Below are positions 57,683 through 64,000 of a stretch of DNA of 64,000 nucleotides, piece by piece. The stretch comes from Lichenihabitans sp. (GTDB lineage Bacteria; Pseudomonadota; Alphaproteobacteria; Rhizobiales; Beijerinckiaceae). The stretch lies in the NCBI GenBank assembly GCA_965214345.1, contig CBDCBJ010000005.1, forward strand, positions 11,744-75,743. The letters run 5' to 3'. The notes below the pieces were generated by a model that was given only the letters and a program-made list of their open reading frames with translations, did not search any database and was not told the DNA's origin. Each line of letters begins with the position of its first letter. The stretch's first letter is position 1. The position numbers and the translations under genes were made by a program.

Positions 57683-59317
57683 GTGAATCATCGCGACTAT
57701 TGGAGCGTCCTTTTGGAACCGTACGATTATATTGTGGTGGGTGGAGGCAGCGCTGGCTGTGTCGCTGCGAGCCGGCTGATCCAGGATTTCAACGCGCGTG
57801 TCCTGCTCCTGGAAGCTGGCCACAATGACAATAGCCATCTGGTCAAAATGCCTGCGGGATCATTCAAGATGATTTTTGGCGGTGGCAATTTTGTGAAGTT
57901 CCATCAGACGACTGAACAGGCGAGCTTGGGTGGTCGCGCCGTTTCGTTACCTCAAGGAAACGTTCTCGGCGGCGGCAGCTCCGTGAACGTTATGGCTTAC
58001 GTTCGAGGCTCGAGGTGTGACTATCAGCGGTGGAATGAAGCTTCCGGTAACACGGGCTGGGGGTGGGACGATCTCCTTCCGCACTTCCGGAGGCAAGAGG
58101 GAAACCAGAGGTTCGAGAACGAGTTCCACAGTGGCGACGGACCGCTCAAGGTATCCGAGCAACCATATATCGTTGAGGGCGCCCACATGTTCGTCCGAAC
58201 CATGCAGCGGCTCGGCCTCCCGTTCACGCCCGATTTCAACACTGGTGCACCACTTGGCGTGGGTTATCATCAAGCGACACTTTATCGCGGTGAGCGATGT
58301 AGCGCTGCCCAAGCATTTCTGGGGCCGATACGCTCCCACCCCAATCTGCGCATCATGATCAACGCCACGGTAACGCGCATCCTACTTAATGGTAATCGCG
58401 CTGTTGGCGTTGAGTTTCGCGACAAACGAGGCTTACACAAAGTCTCCGCGAGTAGAGAAGTGCTACTAACAGCCGGGGCACTGGTCACGCCGAAAATCCT
58501 GATGCTTTCCGGTATCGGGCCGGGGAAGCATCTCATGGAGCACGGCATTCCAGTCATTAGCGATCAACCGGGAGTGGGTCGGAACCTGCAGGATCACCAT
58601 AGCGCTTTTTTAATCGCGAGCACCAAAGGGGCCTATGGCTATCATGGTCAGTCGAGCGGCTGGCGCATGATCTTAAATGCGATTCAATACCTATTGTTCA
58701 AATCGGGTCCGGTCTCAGCGACCGGGTCGGAATCTATGGCCTTCGCAAACCTGAATGAGCCGCCCGAAGATCCAGATTTTCAATTCGGCGCCATTCAGAC
58801 GATGTGGCCGGGGATTGCTGATGCAAAACTCGACCATGGGATTACATTTCTGGCAAATGTGTTGAGACCGAAATCGAGAGGCAGCGTGCGTCTCCGCTCA
58901 CCAGATCCCTACGCCCCGCCGGTTGTCGACATGAATTGGCTCAGTCACCCGGACGATGAGCGACGCTATGTTCAAGGCATACATTTTCTTCGTAGAGTGA
59001 TCGGTACGGACCCTATGGCGTCGATCATCGCTTCAGAACTGGCTCCGGGTCCCGCAATCGGCAAAGACAGCGACATCCTTGACTATGTTCGCCGGACTAC
59101 AGGAAGTAGTTACCATCCGTGTGGCACCGCCCGTATGGGACGACCAGACGACCCAGACGCGGTCCTCACCCCTGATCTCAGAGTGAAGGGCATCGAGCGG
59201 CTTCGCGTCCTAGACGCCTCGATGATGCCAACGATTATAAGCGGCAATACGAACGCGACAGTGATGGCAGTCGCCGACCGTGGGATCGATCTGATGATGC
59301 GCGACGGCAGAACGTGA
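57683..59317 (+). CDS. GMC-family FAD oxidoreductase (choline/alcohol dehydrogenase-like)
   Basis: 544-aa ORF with YDYIVVGGGSAGCVAASRL, GGSSVN.M.Y.RG and a C-terminal HP.GTARMG...V....L.V.G...LRV.DAS.MP. Codon third positions are visibly more A/T-rich than in neighbouring genes. Confidence 0.9.
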   Translation: MNHRDYWSVLLEPYDYIVVGGGSAGCVAASRLIQDFNARVLLLEAGHNDNSHLVKMPAGSFKMIFGGGNFVKFHQTTEQASLGGRAVSLPQGNVLGGGSSVNVMAYVRGSRCDYQRWNEASGNTGWGWDDLLPHFRRQEGNQRFENEFHSGDGPLKVSEQPYIVEGAHMFVRTMQRLGLPFTPDFNTGAPLGVGYHQATLYRGERCSAAQAFLGPIRSHPNLRIMINATVTRILLNGNRAVGVEFRDKRGLHKVSASREVLLTAGALVTPKILMLSGIGPGKHLMEHGIPVISDQPGVGRNLQDHHSAFLIASTKGAYGYHGQSSGWRMILNAIQYLLFKSGPVSATGSESMAFANLNEPPEDPDFQFGAIQTMWPGIADAKLDHGITFLANVLRPKSRGSVRLRSPDPYAPPVVDMNWLSHPDDERRYVQGIHFLRRVIGTDPMASIIASELAPGPAIGKDSDILDYVRRTTGSSYHPCGTARMGRPDDPDAVLTPDLRVKGIERLRVLDASMMPTIISGNTNATVMAVADRGIDLMMRDGRT

Positions 59318-59319
59318 AC

Positions 59320-59956
59320 CACAGAAGCGATGCTTAGGCTCAGGACTCATTGATCAGAGCCGAAGATTACGGTAGCGGCGATGGCGATGGCTGAGAAGAA
59401 GGTGTGGGCGCAGCGGTCGTAGCGGGTGTGGATACGCCGCCAGTCTTTGAGTTTGCCGAACATGCTCTCAATGCGGTGACGCTGGCGGTAAAGGGTCCGG
59501 TCATGCGGGATCGGGGTTTTGCGACGGGCCTTCGACGGGATGCACGGCGCGATGCCCTTGGCGATCAGGGCGGTGCGGAACCAGTCGGCGTCGTAACCCC
59601 GGTCGTCGAGCATCGCCTTGGCCTTCGGCAGCGCGTCGATCATCAGCGCTGCGCCTTTGTAGTCGCTGGTCTGCCCTTCGGTGAGCAGCATGACAGCGGC
59701 CGGCCCTGGCCGTCGCAGACCGCGTGCAGCTTCGAGCTCAAGCCGCCTTTGGTGCGTCCGATACATCGGGGAAGAGCCCCTTTTTGAGCAGGCTGGCGGC
59801 GGTCCGATGTGCCTTCAGGTGGGTCGCACCGATCATCAGCCGGTCGGGCTTGCCGCCCTTGGCCGCCAGCGCTGCGAAGATGCGGTTGAAAACGCCGAGC
59901 CGGCTCCAGCGGATGAACCGGTTGTAGATCGTCTTTTGCGGTCCGTAATCCTTGGA
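59320..59956 (-). mobile_element. IS5-family (IS427/IS1031-like group) insertion sequence remnant; the transposase is 5'-truncated by the IS21 insertion and carries an additional frameshift
   Basis: ORFs 59738..59998 (…KDYGPQKTIYNRFIRWSRLGVFNRIFAAL…HLKAHRTAASLLKKG) and 59347..59766 (…MLLTEGQTSDYKGAALMIDALPKAKAMLDDRGYDADWFR…RHRIESMFGKLKDWRRIHTRYDR) are typical IS5-family DDE transposase strings. An A-AAA-AAG-G slippery-like run lies at about 59776-59784. The segment CIGRTKGGLSSKLHAVCDGQGRPL is in a third frame (extra indel near 59693-59700). Homology starts abruptly at 59956. Confidence 0.75.
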
Positions 59957-60121
59957 TGTAAATAGGCGTCGAACCGGGACCCCCGATCGGCGTCCCAAAG
60001 GGACCCCGCTATGGCGCTGGCGGGCGTCGACGCTGGGCGCACCGTTCGCGCTGCTTGCGGCGTAGGGAGGGCGTAGCCCGACCGGAGGCGCGAGCAGCGC
60101 GAACCGATCCCTTTTCTAGCG

Positions 60122-60834
60122 TCAGCTGCGGTTTTTGAAGCGCCAGCTGTCGTTGCCGGTTTCGACGATGTCGCAGTGGTGGGTGATGCGATCGAGCAGC
60201 GCGGTCGTCATCTTTGGATGGCCGAACACGCTGAGCAATTCGCCGAACGTCAGGTCGGTGGTGATGATCACCGAGGTCTGCTCGTAGAGCTTGCTGATCA
60301 GGTGGAACAGCAGCTGGCCGCCCGACCGGGCGAACGGCAGATAACCAAGCTCGTCGAGCACCACCAGCTCGTGGCGGCGCAGCTGGGCCGCGAGCGCGCC
60401 GGCCTTGCCGATCCGCGTCCCCTCCTCGAGCTGCGTTACCAGATCGACGGTGTTGAAGTAGCGACCGCGGGCACCGGCGCGGATGACGCTGGCGGCGATC
60501 GCGCTGGCGAGGTAGGTCTTGCCGGTGCCGGTGCCTCCGACCAGCACGACGTTGCGGCGGCCTGGCAGGAACGAGCCTGCGTGAAGCGAGCGCACCAGTC
60601 CTTCGTTGATTGGGGTGTTCTCGAACATGAACGCGTCCAGGTCCTTCACAACCGGAAGCCTGGCAGCCGTCATGCGGTAGCGGATCGAAGCGGCGTGGCG
60701 ATGCGCGCCTTCGGCGCGCAACAAATCGCTCAGGACCTCCATCGCGGTGCGCTTGCGCTGAACGCCGGTGGTGACTGCCTCGTCGAAGCACCCGCCATGC
60801 CCTTGAGCCCGAGTCCGCGCATTGCGTCGATCAT
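60122..60834 (-). pseudogene. istB: IS21-family helper ATPase IstB, frameshifted near its 5' end
   Basis: ORF 60122..60742 has the Walker A motif ([14 protein letters not shown]) and Walker B (LVVLDELGY). The expected N-terminus [16 protein letters not shown] starts at the ATG at 60834, 1 nt after the istA stop, but is out of frame with [23 protein letters not shown]. There is a 1-nt indel near 60788-60790. Confidence 0.75.
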
Positions 60835-60835
60835 C

Positions 60836-61335
60836 TCATGCCGCTGCATGGAGGCCTCGCAGGCTGTCGTAGCGGGCGCAGTTGGCGATCGGCGGGTGCA
60901 TTAGCGCCAGATCCCCAGGCGTGACGATCGATGCGGCACCGGGCGGCTCTCTGCGTCGCGACAGAATGTTGAGCACCACCTCGTCGCTGACCGCACCGGC
61001 GTCGAGCGCTTCGCGAACGGCGCCCTCGACGGCATCCAGGCCATCGCTGAGGACGGCCGCAAGAACGCGGACGAAGCGCCGATCGGCATCATCGCTATTG
61101 CCCAGCTTGCGTCGGAGCCGAGCGAGCGCAGGCGGAAGATCCCACATCGGCTGGAGGGCGGGCCGCTCCAACTCCAGCACCTGCGCGACCGTCATCTCCT
61201 TGTGATCCGGGTCCGGGTGCGTCGCCGCCCAGCGCAGGCACTCGGCTTCCAGCCAGCCGTTCAACTCTTCCAGGCTGGCGAACCGAAGCCGCGGCTTGAA
61301 GAAGCGACCCCGGATCGTCTGGACCTGGCCCTTCC
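60836..61335 (-). pseudogene. istA: IS21-family transposase IstA, C-terminal fragment only
   Basis: The part of ORF 60836..61498 from ...WKGQVQTIRGRFFKPRLRFASLEELNGWLEAECLRWAATHP... to the stop matches the post-DDE C-terminal region of IstA (compare GWEKGQVEN...RERFFTPRLRF.S..ELN.WL). Upstream of about 61335 the IstA frame becomes junk while another frame reads TraG. Confidence 0.7.
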
Positions 61336-61925
61336 ACGCCTGACAGAGGCTTGCCAGCCTGCTGGCGTCTCGAAATGATCTTGGGAAACCGCTTGGCGGC
61401 ATCGCCCGCTGCGAACTGCCGGTATACCTCGCCCATCGTGAACGGCAGCCCGTCTCCGGCGTCGTCGGCCGTCGCGGCGACATAAGCCGCCACGCCATGA
61501 AGTGCGGTCCTCGCGCTTTCGGCCCAGAAGTTGTCGCCTGAGACGGGGTCGGGAAACAGCATCATCCCGATCTTCTGGAGCTCGTTGATCACCTCGACCG
61601 GATCCTGTCGATTGATGTAGCTCAGCGGATTGTAGCGCGCCGTGTTGCCCTTAGGGTCAAGCGGACCGAATAGCACGACGCCCTGGCCGAGCACCTTCAG
61701 CCGGTATCCCCGTTGTTATCGTAGTTCTCCTGCTTGATGTCGAGCACCACCAGCGAGTCCGGCCAATCGAGCAGGTTCGGGATGATGACGCCCACGCGCT
61801 TGCCGGCGCGCGTCGGCGCTTCCACAGGACATGCTCGGAGCCACCGAAGCGCATCACCTTATCGCCGAACTTTCCGATAACGATCCCTGCGGGTGCGAGC
61901 AGCTTGCCCCGGCGTATCTCGCCAA
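61336..61925 (-). pseudogene. traG: Type IV secretion coupling protein (TraG/VirD4) remnant, multiply frameshifted and truncated at both ends
   Basis: Hand translation across three frames gives ...SARW / GEIRRGKLLAPAGIVIGKFGDKVMRFGGSEHVL / EAPTRAGKRVGVIIPNLLDWPDSLVVLDIKQENYD (Walker A-like APTRAGKRVG) / GYRLKVLGQGVVLFGPLDPKGNTARYNPLSYI...NFWAESARTALHGV... Parts appear in ORFs 61859..62128, 61657..61857 and 61095..61694. Confidence 0.65.
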
Positions 61926-62027
61926 CGCGCGCTCAGGGCGCTTAACTGTGCAGCTTCTGGCGAGTGAACAATGTCGAGAGGACCACGATGCTCGAGCGCA
62001 GCGCGGCAGCCGCAATGGTCAATGCAC

Positions 62028-63307
62028 CTAGTCGCCCGTTGTACGGAGGTCTCTGACCCGACAGGCCTTGCCCTGCGATCGGTCGAGGGAACCGGGTTGC
62101 ACGACGTCGACCCGGATGGAGACCCCAATCGACTCCTTCACAAGGCCGGTCAGCAGCTTCTCCTGACCGGCCGCGGCGCCCGTGCCCAGCGTAGTCCTCG
62201 CCTCCACGACGACGAGCACCTCGTCCATGCGGCCGGGCCTCGTCAGCTCGATGAGGAAGTGCGGCGCGAGTCCGGGGCACCGGAGGATGTGTTCCTCGAT
62301 CTGCGACGGGAACATGTTGACCCCGCGGACGATCAGCATGTCGTCCGAGCGGCCGGTGATCCTCGCCATCCGGCGCATCGGCGTCTTCGTGCCCGGCAGC
62401 AGCCTCGTGAGATCCCGCGTCCGGTAGCGGATGACCGGCAGCGCCTCCTTGGTCAGCGAGGTGAGGACCAGCTCGCCGAACGAGCCGTCGGGCAGCACCT
62501 TGCCCGTCGTCGGATCGACGATCTCGGGGAGGAAGTGGTCCTCCCAGATCGTCGGCGCGCCATCTCCCGCGAACTCCTGCGCAACCCCGGGCCCCATCAC
62601 CTCCGAAAGTCCGTAGATGTCGGTCGCCTCGAGGTCGAAGGCGTCCTCGATCTCGCGGCGCATGGCCTCCGTCCAAGGCTCCGCGCCGAAGACGCCGTGC
62701 CGCAGCGACGAAGCCCGGGGATCGAGCCTTGGCGCCGGAACTCGTCCAGAATGGACAGCATGTAGCTCGGCGTGACCATGATGACCTCAGGGGCGAAGTC
62801 CCTGATCAGCCGCACCTGTTTCTCGGTCTGCCCGCCCGACATCGGGATCACCGCGCACCCCAGCGCCTCGGCCCCGTAGTGCGCTCCAAGCCCGCCCGTG
62901 AAGAGGCCGTAACCGTAGGCCACGTGCACCTTCATGCCAGGCCTGACACCGGCCGCGTGAAGACTGCGGGCGACCAGCGAGGCCCAGGTCGCTATGTCAC
63001 GCCGGGTGTAGCCGACCACCGTCGGAGCGCCCGTCGTGCCGGACGACCCGTGGATCCGCGAGACCCGCTCCATCGGGACGGCGAACATCCCGAACGGATA
63101 GGTGTCGCGGAGATCGGCCTTCGTCGTGAACGGGAACCGCGCCAGGTCGTCGAGCGACCGCAGATCGTCCGGATGGACGCCCAGCGCGGCGAACGCCGCC
63201 GCATAGTGCGGGGTGTGGTCGTAGGCGTCGCGCAGCGTCGTACGCAGCCGCTCGAGTTGAAGAGCAGAAAGCGCTTCACGCGTGGCCGGACCATAGTCGA
63301 AGCTCAC
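62028..63307 (-). pseudogene. paaK: Phenylacetate-CoA ligase, split by a single frameshift
   Basis: N-terminal part in ORF 62597..63406 (…FPFTTKADLRDTYPFGMFAVP…RIHGSSGTTGAPTVVGYT…VTPSYMLSILDEFRRQG). C-terminal part in ORF 62028..62663 and upstream in that frame (LDPRASSLRHGVFGAEPWTEAMRREIEDAF…DIYGLSEVMGPGV…RSDDMLIVRGVNMFPSQIE). The frame switch is at about 62724-62730. Total length 1280 nt, one short of a multiple of three. The start GTG at 63307 is tentative. Confidence 0.8.
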
Positions 63308-63320
63308 CCTCCCGCGCCCG

Positions 63321-64000
63321 TTAGATCGCGACCATCGTGAGCAACTCGTAGGTCGCGACGGTGGCACCCGAGCCGTCCGTGACAGTGGCAGCCCAGCGGA
63401 CCTCACCGTACTCGTCGTTGCGCCGGGTTTTCGCCTTCGCCGTCAGCGCGACCTGGATCGACTCGCCGGGCGAGAGCGGCTTGACGAAGCGCAGCGCGTC
63501 GAGGCCGGTGTTCGCCAGCACGGGACCCGGAGCGGGATCGACGAACAGGCCGGCGGCGAACGACAGGATCAGGTACCCGTGCGCCACCCGGCCCGGGAAG
63601 AACGGGTTTGCCTTCGCCGCGTCCTCGTCCATGTGCGCGTAGAAGTTGTCTCCCGTGAACTCGGCGAAGTGCTCGATGTCGGCGAGCGTGACGATCCTCG
63701 GAGCGGTGTTGATCGTGTAGCCGAGGTCCAACTCGTCGAACCGCAGACGGAACGGGTGGACCTCCCCTTCCGTTCGGGGGGCGCCGGGAAGCCAGCGTCC
63801 GGTGACCGCGGAAAGCTGCCGCGGGCTGCCCTGGAGGGCGGAGCGCTGCATGTGATGCTTCACGCCCCGGATGCCGCCCAGCTCCTCTCCCCCGCCCGCG
63901 CGCCCGGGTCCGCCATGAACGAGATTGGGCAGAGGCGAGCCGTGACCCGTCGACTCGCGTGCGCTGTCGCGGTCGATGATGACGACCCGGCCGTGGAAGG
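63321..64000 (-). CDS. paaZ: Bifunctional PaaZ (aldehyde dehydrogenase plus MaoC hydratase; oxepin-CoA hydrolase), 3' part only, running off the window
   Basis: ORF 63321..63863 is the MaoC domain (RIVTLADIEHFAEFTGDNFYAHMDEDAA...RVAHGYLILSFAAGLFV). The frame stays open upstream to 64000, reading ...FHGRVVIIDRDSARESTGHGSPLPNLVHGGPGRAGGGEELGGIRGVKHHMQRSALQGSP, the ALDH-domain end and linker typical of PaaZ. Confidence 0.85.
   Translation of the reverse strand, partial: FHGRVVIIDRDSARESTGHGSPLPNLVHGGPGRAGGGEELGGIRGVKHHMQRSALQGSPRQLSAVTGRWLPGAPRTEGEVHPFRLRFDELDLGYTINTAPRIVTLADIEHFAEFTGDNFYAHMDEDAAKANPFFPGRVAHGYLILSFAAGLFVDPAPGPVLANTGLDALRFVKPLSPGESIQVALTAKAKTRRNDEYGEVRWAATVTDGSGATVATYELLTMVAI

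Larger units (their letters stand above)
59957..61335 (-). mobile_element. IS21-family insertion sequence remnant (right end, istB and only the 3' third of istA)
   Basis: Read on the plus strand, the terminus begins TGTAAATAGGCGTCG at 59957, with repeated GGGACCCC motifs. It contains the istB and istA fragments listed separately. The HTH and DDE parts of istA and the other terminus are missing. Confidence 0.7.

Noticed and set aside
61095-61694. 199-aa ORF and the 220-aa ORF 60836..61498 taken as intact genes
   Set aside because: Each is a chimera. In 61095..61694 only the N-terminal part is TraG-like, and in 60836..61498 only the C-terminal part is IstA-like. The remainders are out-of-frame read-through of the other fragment.

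Overview
High-GC, densely coding bacterial DNA. The most recognisable genes (LigA/LigB, a LigM-type O-demethylase, FerA/FerB-type ferulate genes, two TonB-dependent receptors) suggest a Sphingomonadaceae-like alphaproteobacterium; this is an inference. All calls come from reading the ORF track, hand translation and motif recall; no search was run. I saw no rRNA, tRNA or CRISPR array, and no obvious defence or toxin system. Bases 1-43,000 form a catabolic and one-carbon block. On the minus strand it holds a DMGDH-like gene, an FMN 2-hydroxyacid dehydrogenase, an XRE-cupin regulator and a TPP enzyme. Next come an AraC regulator, an acyl-CoA dehydrogenase and an MFS transporter. A roughly 15 kb co-directional minus-strand array follows: soxB-soxD-soxA-soxG, an FAH-family gene, a Rieske oxygenase, a TonB receptor, then ferB-ferA-aldehyde dehydrogenase and a MetE-like gene. 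After that come a GlxA/SouR-type regulator, ligAB, an IclR regulator, an alpha/beta hydrolase coupled to ligM and divergent from metF-purU-folD, and ridA. The block ends with the N-methylglutamate pathway genes mgsABC-gmaS, an HxlR/NAD(P)H-binding pair, an HpcH aldolase, a secreted SnoaL-like protein and pabB. Bases 42,900-64,000 look accessory and partly decayed. They include a truncated pabC-like stub fused to a LysR C-terminal remnant, an NmrA-GlcG-ALDH-MFS operon downstream of a dead quinohaemoprotein alcohol dehydrogenase, and a LysR-controlled deacetylase-kbl-dadA-glcG operon of unknown function. They also include a GST, a second TonB receptor, a TetR remnant and a lower-GC GMC oxidoreductase. 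A nested mobile-element scar follows (an IS5 remnant interrupted by an IS21 remnant that is fused to a traG/virD4 remnant), then a frameshifted paaK and a partial paaZ. The main hunting results are the clustering of four different demethylase chemistries with THF recycling, a compensated double frameshift inside pabB, unexpected extra genes inside otherwise classical operons (MetE-like in fer, FAH and Rieske after sox, a hydrolase coupled to ligM), and the layered mobile-element scar.
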